From Silvanigrellaceae bacterium (GTDB lineage: Bacteria > Bdellovibrionota_B > Oligoflexia > Silvanigrellales > Silvanigrellaceae), in NCBI GenBank assembly GCA_049423385.1, contig JBMSQQ010000013.1, forward strand, positions 1 to 49,016: a stretch of DNA of 49,016 bases. Reading direction: 5' to 3'. Under the pieces are notes generated by a model that did no database searches, was not told the origin of the DNA, and saw only the letters and a program-made list of their open reading frames with translations. The translations under genes and the position numbers were made by a program. Shown in pieces: positions 7,165-18,098 of the stretch (position 1 is the first letter of the stretch; every line of letters begins with the position of its first letter).

Positions 7165-8338
7165 GGGTTTCATCGGTTTTGCAAAACGCAAAGCGAAGCC
7201 AATTCAACCTCCGCGGCGGCTCACTCCCATAATAAAAGACGGAAGGAGGAATCGCTGCAACGCGAGCCTCGATGATCAGGTCTTTCGCGAAATCAGCATC
7301 TCGAATCGGCGCACCTTGAACGTGTGCGTCATAGCTCGCCATCAGAAAGTAACTTCCCTGTGCACGCTGAACCTTGAATCCCGACTTTCTGAGACTGATT
7401 TCAAGAAAATTTTGTTTGTCGCCATAGGTTTTTGGCAAGGTTGACAGGTAATCCATACACCATTGACTCTCTGAGATCATCGCAGCCAGACCACGTTGTG
7501 TCGCAGGATTCGTGCAAAAAACGGTTGCCTGATGAACCAAGCGAACGTCGCGCATGAGCTCGGCAGGGGCAGTCACCCAACCAACCTTGAAACCTGTGAA
7601 TCCAAAGGTCTTGGCGGCAGAACTGATGCGGACCACATGCGCTTTCATGCCTGGCATCGAGGCTGGCGAAATTGCTTCCTGGGGATTTCCATACGTCAGA
7701 TACTCATAAACCTCGTCACTCATCAGAATTGAATCGTGAGCGAGAACCGCCGAACAAATTTTCTCCAATTCCTCAGCAGTGAACAATTTTCCGGTCGGAT
7801 TGTGTGGCGTGTTCAGAATCATGAGCGCAAAGCGCGATGAAGTTGCCGCCTTGAATTCATCCCAGTCGATGGCCCATCCCTTCGCGGAAATTCCAGCAGG
7901 CGTGTCGGGAGCATGCAGTCGCACGGGAACAAGAACACCGCCCGCGTTCGCAATGGCCTGGGCGTAGCTGTCATAACAGGGCTCGAACACGACAACCCGG
8001 TCGCCTGGATTCACAAAAGCATTGATTACGGAATAGATTGCTTCCGTTGCGCCAGTTGTGATTGTGACTTCCTGGTCTGGGCAATACTCAACACCCGTGC
8101 GCATCCGCACGAGCTCGCTGACCGCCTTGCGGAGTGAATTTTCACCAATCGAAGGTGCATATTGATTATGGCAGTTGAGAGTTTCCTCAGCGACTTTCTG
8201 GAGAACTTCTGCTGGACCCGGAAAATCCGGAAATCCCTGCGCCAAGTTCACTGCGGCGTGTTTATTTGCAAGTTGGGTCATCTCGGTAAAAATGCTGGTT
8301 CCAAATGGCGCCCAGCGTTGCGCCAATTTCATTGACAT
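7106..8338 (-). CDS. PLP-dependent class I/II aminotransferase (YbdL/DapC-like)
   Basis: NLAQGFPDF, NTPHNPTG, DEVYE, SAAKTFGFTGFKVGW (PLP Lys), RFAFCK; exact start uncertain. Confidence 0.92.
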   Translation of the reverse strand: MSMKLAQRWAPFGTSIFTEMTQLANKHAAVNLAQGFPDFPGPAEVLQKVAEETLNCHNQYAPSIGENSLRKAVSELVRMRTGVEYCPDQEVTITTGATEAIYSVINAFVNPGDRVVVFEPCYDSYAQAIANAGGVLVPVRLHAPDTPAGISAKGWAIDWDEFKAATSSRFALMILNTPHNPTGKLFTAEELEKICSAVLAHDSILMSDEVYEYLTYGNPQEAISPASMPGMKAHVVRISSAAKTFGFTGFKVGWVTAPAELMRDVRLVHQATVFCTNPATQRGLAAMISESQWCMDYLSTLPKTYGDKQNFLEISLRKSGFKVQRAQGSYFLMASYDAHVQGAPIRDADFAKDLIIEARVAAIPPSVFYYGSEPPRRLNWLRFAFCKTDETLRSAAERLEDWALRRPSKV

Positions 8339-8350
8339 AATCAATCCCCT

Positions 8351-9229
8351 TCAGCCGCGAGAGCCCGAACGCGGGTCAAGCGCATCCCGCAAGCAGTCGC
8401 CCAACAGGTTCAGACACAGAACGGTCAGAAAAATCGCCGCTCCCGGAAAAACCAAAGTCCACCACGCTTCGTAAAAGTAGGCTTTTCCCTCTGCAAGCAT
8501 GGCTCCCCACTCCGGCGCAGGTGGACGAACTCCGAGGCCAAGAAAACTGAGGCCTGCCGACTCCAGAAGGGCGCTGGCAAAGCTCATCGTTGCCACCACA
8601 ACAATCGAATTGAAAATATTGGGCAGAACATGGCGAAACAGGATTCTGGAAAGCGACGCACCATTGGCATGGGCGCTCGTCACATATTCCTTGCCTCTTT
8701 CTCCCAATGCTGAACTCCGTGCTACCCGCGCAAACGTTGGTGCATAAGCAATACCAACGGCGACCATGAGGTTGACAATCCCCTGACCCAAAAAAGCGAC
8801 CAGAATCAGTGCCAACAGAATTGCTGGAAATGCCAACAGACAATCATTCAACCGCATCAACAGGTTGTCGACCCGACCACCCAGATATCCAGACAGCAGA
8901 CCCACAGGAACACCAATTCCTGCACCAAGTGCGACAGGCAGAAATCCAAGAAGCAGCGACACACGACCACCATGCAGAACTCGCGCAAACACATCACGAC
9001 CCGAGCCGTCGGTGCCGAAAGGATGACTCCAGGATCCACCTTCAGCAAAAAAAGGAGGAAGGAACTTGGAGGATTCCAAATCAATTGCCAATGGGTCATG
9101 GCGAGCCAAGACATCGGCTCCCAGGGCAGCCAAAATCAGGACGAACAAGATGAAGACGGCAATCTGGGCCGAGCGGTTGAGTCTCAATTCCCGAAGGAGG
9201 CTTCGCCAAACCGTTGGGCGTGTCGTCAT
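8351..9229 (-). CDS. dppC: Dipeptide/oligopeptide ABC transporter permease
   Basis: HPFGTDGSGRDVFARVLHGGRVSL, EAA-type loop, PEWGAML; ATGA overlap with the dppB stop sets the start at 9229. Confidence 0.92.
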   Translation of the reverse strand: MTTRPTVWRSLLRELRLNRSAQIAVFILFVLILAALGADVLARHDPLAIDLESSKFLPPFFAEGGSWSHPFGTDGSGRDVFARVLHGGRVSLLLGFLPVALGAGIGVPVGLLSGYLGGRVDNLLMRLNDCLLAFPAILLALILVAFLGQGIVNLMVAVGIAYAPTFARVARSSALGERGKEYVTSAHANGASLSRILFRHVLPNIFNSIVVVATMSFASALLESAGLSFLGLGVRPPAPEWGAMLAEGKAYFYEAWWTLVFPGAAIFLTVLCLNLLGDCLRDALDPRSGSRG

Positions 9230-10278
9230 TTCGCACCCCCCGAACGTCCCTGCTTGGTTCGAGGATCCAACCAACCCACGGCCAAATCTCCCAACAGATT
9301 GAAGAGCACGAAGACCGCTCCGACAAACAAAGTTCCCGATTGAACCATCGGGAAATCCCGGCTGCTGATACTTTCCACGAGCAACTTGCCCAAACCGGGC
9401 CAGGCAAACATCGTCTCGGTGATGACCGCCCCGCCAAAAAGGGCACCCGCCTGCAAAAACAAAACCGTCACGATGGGAAGGGCAGCATTCCTCGCTGCGT
9501 GTTTGAAAACCACCTTGAAGGATGAAAGACCCTTTGCACGCGCCGTTCTGATGTAATCCTGTTGAAGAACATCGAGCATCGCCGAGCGGGTCATGCGGCA
9601 AATATGTGCCATCGGGATTGTCGAAAGCGCCACTGACGGCAAGATGAGATAACGCGTTGCAGAAGCAAAAACATCCCAACCTTGGCCGGTCACGGCCAAG
9701 CGCAAGCCGTCGAGCGTGTACATTCTAAATAGAGAGTCGGTTGCAGGATCGAAAACAATTTCGTCAGACAATCGTCCGGAAGTTGGAAGCCATCCCAGAT
9801 TCAAACTGAAGAACCACATCAAGAGAAGGGCAAGCCAAAAAATCGGAAGACTCACACCAGCGAGCGCAATAAAACTTGCGATGCGATCGATCCAGGTCCG
9901 ACGTGCCACAGCAGATGCGACACCCAGCAACAAACCGACAGGAATGGCAATCAGGAGCGCGGAGACAGCCAATTCAACCGTCGCAGGAATTGCTGTCGCA
10001 AAAAGTCTGGAAATGGGTTGGTCATGAAACAAGCTGTGACCAAGATCGCCTTCAAGAACAAGCTTTTTAAGATATGTGCCGTACTGAATCCACCAAGGTG
10101 CATCCAGATTCAAGGATGCCCGGATATATGCAACCCGTTCCGGTGTTGCTCTCTCTCCCGCCATGACCAAAGCAATATCACCGGGAATCAACTTCAACGC
10201 CCAAAACAACACGAGGGTCAGCAACAGCAGAACCGGAACAGATTGCAGAAAACGTAACAGAGCTTGCCGGGCAAACAT
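9226..10278 (-). CDS. dppB: Dipeptide/oligopeptide ABC transporter permease
   Basis: GDLGHS, PATVELA, TRSAMLDVLQQDYIRTARAKGL, ETMFAWPGLG. Confidence 0.95.
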   Translation of the reverse strand: MFARQALLRFLQSVPVLLLLTLVLFWALKLIPGDIALVMAGERATPERVAYIRASLNLDAPWWIQYGTYLKKLVLEGDLGHSLFHDQPISRLFATAIPATVELAVSALLIAIPVGLLLGVASAVARRTWIDRIASFIALAGVSLPIFWLALLLMWFFSLNLGWLPTSGRLSDEIVFDPATDSLFRMYTLDGLRLAVTGQGWDVFASATRYLILPSVALSTIPMAHICRMTRSAMLDVLQQDYIRTARAKGLSSFKVVFKHAARNAALPIVTVLFLQAGALFGGAVITETMFAWPGLGKLLVESISSRDFPMVQSGTLFVGAVFVLFNLLGDLAVGWLDPRTKQGRSGGAK

Positions 10279-10284
10279 TGAAAC

Positions 10285-11880
10285 TCACTTGCTGTTCAGG
10301 CTGACCTTGAGAAAGCGGCGTGAACCGTTGGGTTGAAGAACAAATCCGTTGACTCTGGGATCCATGGGCATCGCAACCCGGGAGTGCGCCAATGGAATCC
10401 AGGGCGCATCCTGATGAATAAGTTGTTGTGCCTGCTTGTACATCTCGGCACGCTTCTTTTGCAGGGTGACACGCTGCGCATCGCGCAGGATCTGGGTGAC
10501 CTTGGCATTGTCATAAAAGGCAATGTTGGACGCTGGTGCCTTTGCGTTGTCTCCACTCAGCAAAACACTCAAAAAGTTGTCCGGATCGCCGTTGTCGCCC
10601 GTCCAACCCATCAGAGCCATCGGGTGTTCACCTTTTTTGGTTTTGTCCAAGTAAACAGCCCACTCGTGGGTTGTCAGTTGGACCTTGACGCCAACTGCCT
10701 TGAAATCGGCTTGCATGGCTTCTGCCACTCGCTTTGCATCGGGCATGTAAGGACGCGAGACTGGCGGGTAGTACAATTCGGACTCAAAGCCATTCGGAAA
10801 ACCCGCTTCAGCCAGAAGCTGACGAGCCTTCGCCTGACTGTATTGATAAGCGGCAATGGAGGAATTGTAACCCCACAAGGATGGTGGGATCGGATTCACT
10901 GCCGGAATTCCCATGCCGGCATACACGCCTTTGATGATGGCGTCCTTGTTCACGGCCATGTTCAGCGCCCGGCGAACCTTGGGATTGGAAAATGGCCCCT
11001 TGCCTGTATTGAATGCCAGATACGCAACATTCATCGCAGGTTCTTCAATCACCTTTGCATCTGGTCTTTTTTGCTTGATGGTTACAACTTGATCCGGCGT
11101 TGGGAGATTCATCATGTGAATCTCTTTCGCAAGAAATGCGTTCAAGCGCGTGGATGCGTCGGGATAGGCCCGAAAAATCACCCGAGCCAGCTTGGGCTTG
11201 CCATCCCAGAATTCCTTGTTGGCATCGAGGACGATTTTTTCATTTTTGGTCCAGCTGACAAATTTGAACGGCCCAGTGCCCACAGGATTCCTTGCGAACT
11301 CCTCCTTGAACTTGCGCACGGCCGCTGGACTCACGATGGAGGCAAAGCTCATCGCCAGATTTGCAAGAAACGGTGCGCTTGGTGTCTTCAAGGTGATGCG
11401 AACCGTCTTGTCGTCCAGTTTGTCAACTGCCGAGACGAGCTTGTCCATGCCCATGTCCTGCCAGTAAGCCCAGGCCTGTGCATACTTGAAAGCTTCATGC
11501 TTGGGGTCATGCTGACGCAAAAAACTGAAGACCACAGCATCGGCATTCATTGCGGTTCCATCGTGAAATTTCACATTGGGCCGCAAGTGAAAAGTATATC
11601 GGAGTCCATCCGGACTCACGTCCCAGCGTTGGGCAAGGCCAGGCTCAATTTCAGTGGTTCCGTCCTTGAACTGAACCAACGTGTCAAAAAGGTTGTCGCA
11701 AACATTGAGACTTTCCCCGTCGGTTTCCTTGGCAGGATCGAGGGAAACCGAGTCGCCCCCGCGTCCGTAGATGAGAACCGCCTTGGAATCGGCTTTCGCA
11801 ACTGGGCAATGAATTGTTGCAAGACCTGCGAAAAAAGCGGTAATTCCAATCAAGAGATGATTTCGCGTGGTCATGACCAT
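10285..11880 (-). CDS. dppA: Dipeptide ABC transporter substrate-binding protein
   Basis: Signal peptide; family 5 SBP motifs YTFHLRPNVKFHDG, PVGTGPF, GWTGDNGDPDNF. Confidence 0.95.
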   Translation of the reverse strand: MVMTTRNHLLIGITAFFAGLATIHCPVAKADSKAVLIYGRGGDSVSLDPAKETDGESLNVCDNLFDTLVQFKDGTTEIEPGLAQRWDVSPDGLRYTFHLRPNVKFHDGTAMNADAVVFSFLRQHDPKHEAFKYAQAWAYWQDMGMDKLVSAVDKLDDKTVRITLKTPSAPFLANLAMSFASIVSPAAVRKFKEEFARNPVGTGPFKFVSWTKNEKIVLDANKEFWDGKPKLARVIFRAYPDASTRLNAFLAKEIHMMNLPTPDQVVTIKQKRPDAKVIEEPAMNVAYLAFNTGKGPFSNPKVRRALNMAVNKDAIIKGVYAGMGIPAVNPIPPSLWGYNSSIAAYQYSQAKARQLLAEAGFPNGFESELYYPPVSRPYMPDAKRVAEAMQADFKAVGVKVQLTTHEWAVYLDKTKKGEHPMALMGWTGDNGDPDNFLSVLLSGDNAKAPASNIAFYDNAKVTQILRDAQRVTLQKKRAEMYKQAQQLIHQDAPWIPLAHSRVAMPMDPRVNGFVLQPNGSRRFLKVSLNSK

Positions 11881-11957
11881 GGGCTTGTCTCCGCGTCAAT
11901 TCAAGGTGATAAAACACAAACGCGCGCCGGTTTTAGCTCATGCAAGGTGGAAAGGCA

Positions 11958-13040
11958 ATGCGCCTCGAACGAGCCGAATTCGAAATTCTCCAACAACTCC
12001 GAGTAATTCCGGAATTCAGCCGGGAGCAATTTCCTGTTGTCCATCTTCTGCTCTCCGGCGGCAAAGACAGCATTGCGCTGCTCCAGCTCATGCAGAAACT
12101 GCAAGACTGCTCGCCAGACTGGAGCGGAATTTCATTTTCGCTGGTGGCACATCATTTCAACCACAAGCAGCGCGGACAAGAATCCGAGCTCGACGAGCAA
12201 TTGTGTATCGACGTCGCAGCCAGGGTTGGATGCCCCATTAAAATCTGGAGATGGCCGGAAAGTCTGGCCAGTCGTGCTCAAGATGGGGAGAATTTTCAGG
12301 CTCTGGCGAGACAATGGCGGTACGACAGCGTCCACAAATTTTCTCAGGAAGGAGCAATATACAGCTTGGGGGCACGACCATCGATCATTGCGACGGCCCA
12401 CCACCGCCGCGATCATGCGGAAACCGTGCTGCACAATTTGGCCCGAGGGTGTGGGGTCAACGGTCTACTTGGGATTGCGCCCTGGTCTGATTCGAACCGA
12501 ACCTTGCGTCCACTTCTTTGGCTCAGCGGCGAGCAGTGCGATCAGTATATTTCCAAGAAAGTCTTGCCTCACAGAGAAGACTCTTCAAATTCCAGCCTTG
12601 ACTACACACGCAACCGCATTCGACACGTCGTCCTCAAGGAACTCGAAATGCTGAATCCCAAAGCGGTCGAGCACATCTGGAATCTTTCCGGCGACGTGAT
12701 GAACTCAACACGATCCATCAAATCAAATTCCACGCGATCGGGTCTTGAGGATGAATTCCATGTGGCCGTGCCGCTCGATTCCATTCAGAGTCCAAACGAT
12801 TTGCATCGAGTTATTGCAGAAAACTGTCCCGTCGGGACAACACGCCTTTCCCGCGAGGCCTGCAACAATCTCTTCACTCACCTGCTCAAATGTCTCAGAA
12901 GCCCACAATCTGCCGAACAACAGTACAATTTTGCAGTGTCGGAGCATGTTTCCTTGAACCTGACAAGTAAACAACTGGAAATCAAGGTGAGTCTGCAAGG
13001 CTTTGGCAAAACACCTACAGCAGTCAGAGAACAGCTTTGA
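11958..13040 (+). CDS. tilS: tRNA(Ile)-lysidine synthetase
   Basis: SGGKDS PP-loop, HFNHKQR, TAHHRRDHAET, EDSSN, RNRIRH; upstream of ftsH. Confidence 0.92.
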   Translation: MRLERAEFEILQQLRVIPEFSREQFPVVHLLLSGGKDSIALLQLMQKLQDCSPDWSGISFSLVAHHFNHKQRGQESELDEQLCIDVAARVGCPIKIWRWPESLASRAQDGENFQALARQWRYDSVHKFSQEGAIYSLGARPSIIATAHHRRDHAETVLHNLARGCGVNGLLGIAPWSDSNRTLRPLLWLSGEQCDQYISKKVLPHREDSSNSSLDYTRNRIRHVVLKELEMLNPKAVEHIWNLSGDVMNSTRSIKSNSTRSGLEDEFHVAVPLDSIQSPNDLHRVIAENCPVGTTRLSREACNNLFTHLLKCLRSPQSAEQQYNFAVSEHVSLNLTSKQLEIKVSLQGFGKTPTAVREQL

Positions 13041-13152
13041 CATAGTGCAGCCGCGGCACAAGGACTGGTTGACTTTCACAAGTTACGATACACATTGAGA
13101 GTTCACTTTCTGGATGACCGCCTGAACCACGGATCATCGAAGGAGTCTTGCG

Positions 13153-15138
13153 ATGAAAGATTCATGGCTGAAAGCCATCGTAGTTTGGGCCGGCGTGTTT
13201 GCCCTCGTGATTTTTGCATTCAAGTTTGTGAGTAAAGGTCACACGGAAGAGGCTGTCAGCTACTCAACTTTTGTGGAATATCTCGACAAGCCTGCAACAG
13301 ATCCACTCAAGATAGTTGGCGACGTTGAGGTCAGGGGTGACCCTTTGCGAGGCGACGAATATTCGGCGCGACTGCGCAACGGCAACACCGTGACTGCATA
13401 CGCCCAATTCGATGAGACTCTGCGCAAGGAAATGCGCGACAAACTGACCCAGCGTCAAATCAAAATCAACTACAAGCGGACGGACGATGGCCAAGCCTGG
13501 TGGGGAATTCTGAGCACCTGGATTCCATTGATCGTTGTCGTTGGTTTGATGTTCCTTTTCCTGCGCAACATGCAGGGAGCGGGTGGCAAGGCTCTCTCGT
13601 TTGGCAAAAGCCGTGCGAAGATGATGCCTGAAAACGCTCAACGGGTGACGTTTAAAGACGTTGCAGGAGTTGAGGAAGCAAAACAGGAGTGTTCAGAAAT
13701 TGTGGCCTTCCTCAAAGACCACAAACGCTTCCAGGAAATCGGGGCTCGCATTCCAAAGGGCGTTCTGATGATGGGTTCGCCCGGAACCGGAAAGACCCTT
13801 CTTGCTCGCGCAATCGCCGGAGAAGCAGGTGTTCCCTTTTTCCACATCAGTGGTTCAGACTTCGTTGAAATGTTCGTGGGTGTGGGTGCATCACGAGTGC
13901 GCGACCTCTTTGAAAATGCCAAGAAAAATGCACCATGTATTGTTTTTATCGATGAAATTGATGCGGTGGGCCGGCACCGTGGTGCGGGCGTTGGCGGTGG
14001 ACACGATGAGCGCGAGCAAACTCTCAACCAGTTGCTCGTGGAAATGGATGGATTCGAAGCCAATGATGCGATTATTGTGATTGCCGCAACAAACCGTCCC
14101 GATGTTTTGGATCCGGCACTGCTCCGACCCGGTCGCTTTGACCGCCGGGTGATCGTGAATCTGCCCGACGTGCGCGGCCGAAATGAAATCCTCAAAGTGT
14201 ACATCAAGCGGGTCAAGTCTGCAGACGATGTGAATCTTGAGAAGATCGCCCTCGGCACACCGGGATTCTCGGGTGCGGACCTTGAGAATTTGGTCAACGA
14301 AGCAGCCCTGATGGCCGCTCGCGCCAATGCCAAGCGCGTGACAGCCTCGCACTTTGAAGAAGCCAAAGACAAAATCATCATGGGGCCAGAGCGCAAATCC
14401 ATGGTGATGAACAAAGACACTCTTGTCATGACGGCTTATCACGAGACTGGACACGCTCTTGTTGCATATTATCTGAAATCAAGATCGGATGTTCACAAGG
14501 TGACCATCATTCCTCGTGGGCCAGCTCTTGGTGTGACAGCGTTTCTTCCAAAAGAAGACATCTACAGTTCATCCAAGGAAGACCTCCTCACCGAGATCGC
14601 CAAGGGCATGGGCGGGCGAGCTGCGGAGGAAATCAAGTTCAGCCGCTTCACAACCGGAGCTTCAAACGACATTCAACAAGCGACGAATCTGGCCCGGGCG
14701 ATGGTTTGCCAGTACGGAATGAGCAAGCTTGGACCAATCAATTTTGGCCACAAGAGCGAAAACCCATTCCTTGGCCGCGACTGGGGCGAAAGTCGCAATT
14801 ATTCGGAAACACTTGCACACGAAATCGACGTGGAAGTCTCGAAAATCATCAACAGCCAGTACGAACTTGCCAAGCAAACTCTCGTCGACCACATGGATGT
14901 CTTCGAACGCTGTGCGCAAATTCTGGTTGAAGCCGAAACACTCGACGCAGATGAATTTCACGCAGTCGTGCACGGTGCCACTCTCGAAGACGTTCAAAAG
15001 ATGCAGCACACAAAAGCTGCAGCTGCTCAAACAAGTGTCGACACTGCGAATGCAACTGCCCAGGCAGGCCAGTCGCCAACTGCAATCCAGGATTCGGGCT
15101 TGTCGACAGGCCAACCAACCCCAGCTCCGAGCGCATGA
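13153..15138 (+). CDS. ftsH: ATP-dependent zinc metalloprotease FtsH
   Basis: Two TMs, Walker A GSPGTGKT, Walker [27 protein letters not shown] zinc motif. Confidence 0.98.
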   Translation: MKDSWLKAIVVWAGVFALVIFAFKFVSKGHTEEAVSYSTFVEYLDKPATDPLKIVGDVEVRGDPLRGDEYSARLRNGNTVTAYAQFDETLRKEMRDKLTQRQIKINYKRTDDGQAWWGILSTWIPLIVVVGLMFLFLRNMQGAGGKALSFGKSRAKMMPENAQRVTFKDVAGVEEAKQECSEIVAFLKDHKRFQEIGARIPKGVLMMGSPGTGKTLLARAIAGEAGVPFFHISGSDFVEMFVGVGASRVRDLFENAKKNAPCIVFIDEIDAVGRHRGAGVGGGHDEREQTLNQLLVEMDGFEANDAIIVIAATNRPDVLDPALLRPGRFDRRVIVNLPDVRGRNEILKVYIKRVKSADDVNLEKIALGTPGFSGADLENLVNEAALMAARANAKRVTASHFEEAKDKIIMGPERKSMVMNKDTLVMTAYHETGHALVAYYLKSRSDVHKVTIIPRGPALGVTAFLPKEDIYSSSKEDLLTEIAKGMGGRAAEEIKFSRFTTGASNDIQQATNLARAMVCQYGMSKLGPINFGHKSENPFLGRDWGESRNYSETLAHEIDVEVSKIINSQYELAKQTLVDHMDVFERCAQILVEAETLDADEFHAVVHGATLEDVQKMQHTKAAAAQTSVDTANATAQAGQSPTAIQDSGLSTGQPTPAPSA

Positions 15139-16037
15139 TCGAGAAAAGACAAAAAGGCGCCGAGAAGTGCCAATACCTTTTGGACCACGTCCGCGTGGTC
15201 CAAATGGGAATCCTCAACGCAACGCCCGACAGTTTTTCCGATGGCGGACGTCACAACACTGTAGAATCCGCCTTGAGCCATTCACTTGAATTGGTCAACT
15301 CCGGAGCTCATGTCATTGATATTGGCGGGGCAAGCACACGTCCAGGTTCGGTGATGCCAAGCGTCGACGAGGAATGGGAACGAGTTTCAGAAATTCTGTC
15401 TGCGCTCAGAAAAAATCTGCCTCAACACATTTTACTGAGCCTGGACACCTGTTCACCCGAAGTGGCGTTGAGAGCCGCCAAGCGAAATTTGATAGATATC
15501 ATCAATGATGTTTGTGCAGCGCAAGTTTCCGCGAAAATGGATGGTAAAAGCGAAGACAATGCAGACTGGCCGCAAGAAATCACGACTGCCGACGTAGCTG
15601 CAAAATTCGGTTTGGGCCTTGTTTTGATGCACATGCAGGGCGAAACCAGGACAATGCAATGCAACCCGACGTATCGGGATTGTGTTGACGAAGTGACCGC
15701 TTTCCTGGTTGATCGAATCCGCGTGGCACGTGATCTTGGTGTCCAGTGGTGCGCCGTCGATCCGGGCATCGGTTTTGGTAAAACGCTTGAGCACAACCTG
15801 GAACTTCTGAGTGCACGAGGAATTGCGAGTCTTTCTTCAACAGGAGTGCCGCTGCTGATTGGCTTGTCGCGCAAAAGTTTCCTGAAAGCGCTTGCGGAAA
15901 GGACCGGAGACTTCCCGTCGTTTGACTCATCAATGGAAGAACTGAAATGGCGTGACGAACAAAGCAGTATTTGGGAACAAGCCTGCATTGAGCGCGGAGC
16001 AAAAATCATCAGAACACATTCAATCAAGAGGGCATGA
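15135..16037 (+). CDS. folP: Dihydropteroate synthase
   Basis: MGILNATPDSFSDGG, DIGGASTRPG, DPGIGFGK, GLSRKSF, IIRTH. Confidence 0.96.
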   Translation: MIEKRQKGAEKCQYLLDHVRVVQMGILNATPDSFSDGGRHNTVESALSHSLELVNSGAHVIDIGGASTRPGSVMPSVDEEWERVSEILSALRKNLPQHILLSLDTCSPEVALRAAKRNLIDIINDVCAAQVSAKMDGKSEDNADWPQEITTADVAAKFGLGLVLMHMQGETRTMQCNPTYRDCVDEVTAFLVDRIRVARDLGVQWCAVDPGIGFGKTLEHNLELLSARGIASLSSTGVPLLIGLSRKSFLKALAERTGDFPSFDSSMEELKWRDEQSSIWEQACIERGAKIIRTHSIKRA

Positions 16038-16046
16038 AAGATCGCC

Positions 16047-17045
16047 ATGGATTTCAAGCAATTTCTCATTGACCTTCAGGACCGCCTCAAAGAGCACGAG
16101 CAGGCTCTCGAAGATTTGAGCTCGAGCTCCAACGGAGTTGGTCCCGAATATATTCGCGGCTACGAGGACGCCATGCGAAGCGTTCACCGGGTTGCTCTGG
16201 ACATGATTCGCGACTGGACATCGACTGGCATTTACGCGCACCCGCCACATCCTCATCCTCGTTCGCGAACCTATCGTTCGGAGCCCGCTGATTGGTGGAT
16301 CCAGGACACATCCGGCGCGACGCTGCGTGGACTGATTGCCGACAAGCTCAATCAACCAATCAGCTCAAAGCCAAATGCGGTGATTTTTGACCTCGATGGC
16401 ACCTTGTTCGATGTTGGTCATCGGACTTTGGGAATCCTGAGAAAATGGCTGACTCAACCAGAGTCCCGACATTTTCCGAAGCAACTTGTGAAAAGAGTTG
16501 AAGGAATCAATTTCAATCACATCGGTTACAGTCTATCGCACGCATTCGAAAACGCCGGCATGGATATGCGCAATCCCGAAGTGATGGAGATTCTCCTGGC
16601 GGCCGAAAGGTTTTGGCGACGTAAATTTTTTGATGGCGAAACCCTCGTCGAGTTCGACCAGGTTTATACAGGTGCCGTCGAGTTCGTTTGGTTCTGTAAA
16701 AAAATGGGTGCGAAGATCGTTTACCTGACAGGCCGCAGCCAAAAAGTCATGGCCAGCGGAACGATGCGTCAGCTCGAAAAATATGGTTTTCCTGTTGAAG
16801 AGGCCGAGCTGCTGCTGAAAGTGAACACAGTCACGGACGATGCTGTTTTCAAAGAGGAGGCCTTTCGAGCCGTCAGCAACAACCATAGGGTTGTCGCAAA
16901 CTTCGAGAATGAGTACGTCAACATCCGCGGCATGGTACAATGCGATCCTTCGGCCGTCCATGTGATTGTCGACTCCCAGCATTCCGGCAGGCCGACGCTG
17001 CCGATCTCGGAGAAAGTCTATCGAATTCAGTCTTTTGCCGACTGA
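16047..17045 (+). CDS. HAD-superfamily phosphatase with N-terminal extension
   Basis: IFDLDGTLFD (motif I), YLTGR (motif II), FK, FENE (variant motif IV). Confidence 0.85.
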   Translation: MDFKQFLIDLQDRLKEHEQALEDLSSSSNGVGPEYIRGYEDAMRSVHRVALDMIRDWTSTGIYAHPPHPHPRSRTYRSEPADWWIQDTSGATLRGLIADKLNQPISSKPNAVIFDLDGTLFDVGHRTLGILRKWLTQPESRHFPKQLVKRVEGINFNHIGYSLSHAFENAGMDMRNPEVMEILLAAERFWRRKFFDGETLVEFDQVYTGAVEFVWFCKKMGAKIVYLTGRSQKVMASGTMRQLEKYGFPVEEAELLLKVNTVTDDAVFKEEAFRAVSNNHRVVANFENEYVNIRGMVQCDPSAVHVIVDSQHSGRPTLPISEKVYRIQSFAD

Positions 17046-17141
17046 TACTATTGACAATCGAAAGAAAGAATACAGATTGTGATACTGGGAGTGCGCGACC
17101 GACCATTGCATACGGTCAGCACCAGGTCCACGGAGGATTTT

Positions 17142-18041
17142 ATGGCTTTATTCAAGAGATTCTTCTGGTTTTTTGCGGTCAACATTCTTGTCATGGCGAC
17201 AATTTCGATTGTCACCTCGGCGCTCGGCCTGAACAGGTACATGACCGCCTATGGCATCAATTATGTCTCTTTGGCCGGATTTTGTTTGATTTGGGGTATG
17301 GGCGGAGCATTTATTTCTCTGGCCATGAGCCGAATTATCGCCAAGTTTTCAATGGGCGTTAAGCTTATCGACCCCAACCAGGCAATCGGCCGTGAACGCG
17401 AATTGTTGAATAGCGTTTATTCACTTTCGCAAAAGGCAGGATTGAAAACCATGCCGCAAGTCGGAATTTACGAAAGTCCCGACATCAACGCTTTTGCCAC
17501 CGGCCCAACCCGCAATCGCTCGCTGGTTGCAGTCAGCACTGGCCTGTTGAATTCCATGAGCCGTAACGAAGTCGAAGGTGTGCTGGCGCACGAAGTGGCA
17601 CACGTGGCCAATGGCGACATGGTGACCATGACCCTGATTCAGGGCGTCGTGAATGCATTCGTCATGTTCTTTGCAAGAATCATCGGATTTGTGGTTTCAC
17701 AATCGGTCGAAGAAAAAAATCGCCCCATGGTGAACATGATTGTGGTTCTGGTTTGCGATATTGCCCTGGGTATCCTTGGCTCGATGGCGGTGGCTTGGTT
17801 TTCGCGTTGGCGTGAATACCGAGCAGATGCGGGCGGAGCGCAACTTGCCGGCCGTGGCAACATGGTTGCCGCGCTGGAAAGGCTCCAACGTGGTTATGCC
17901 TACATGGAAGCCGACAACGCACCGCAGTCGGTTGCTGCACTCAGAATGTCCAACAAGCGCAGTGGTTTTTTTGCTGCACTCAGCACCCACCCTCCTCTGG
18001 AGGAGCGTATCGCACGCTTGCGTTCGGCACCCGGTCTGTGA
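17142..18041 (+). CDS. htpX: Membrane zinc protease HtpX
   Basis: NAFATG, HEVAH, NGDMVTMTL, SRWREYRAD, THPPLEERI; GGAGG SD before ATG 17142. Confidence 0.96.
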   Translation: MALFKRFFWFFAVNILVMATISIVTSALGLNRYMTAYGINYVSLAGFCLIWGMGGAFISLAMSRIIAKFSMGVKLIDPNQAIGRERELLNSVYSLSQKAGLKTMPQVGIYESPDINAFATGPTRNRSLVAVSTGLLNSMSRNEVEGVLAHEVAHVANGDMVTMTLIQGVVNAFVMFFARIIGFVVSQSVEEKNRPMVNMIVVLVCDIALGILGSMAVAWFSRWREYRADAGGAQLAGRGNMVAALERLQRGYAYMEADNAPQSVAALRMSNKRSGFFAALSTHPPLEERIARLRSAPGL

Positions 18042-18053
18042 ACCGGGTTTTTT
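18029..18053 (+). terminator. Intrinsic terminator spanning the htpX stop codon
   Basis: ACCCGGT-N6-ACCGGGT followed by a T tract. Confidence 0.7.
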
Positions 18054-18098
18054 CTTGCCTGAAATTCTTGTCAGTGGGGTTTGACTGACGCGTCGGTC

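Noticed and set aside
9230..9679. 150-aa N-terminal extension of the dppC ORF
   Set aside because: Lies inside dppB in another frame; the ATGA coupling at 9229 gives a normal-length DppC
10333..12006. 557-aa plus-strand ORF
   Set aside because: Antisense shadow of dppA with no recognisable motifs
13638..14454. Long minus-strand ORFs within ftsH (similar ones occur in the flagellins, rpoN, ffh, miaB and tsf)
   Set aside because: Typical antisense shadows of conserved, codon-biased genes
17051..17086. TTGACA and GATACT upstream of htpX as a sigma70 promoter
   Set aside because: The spacer is 24 nt; only an extended -10 reading is possible, too weak to call
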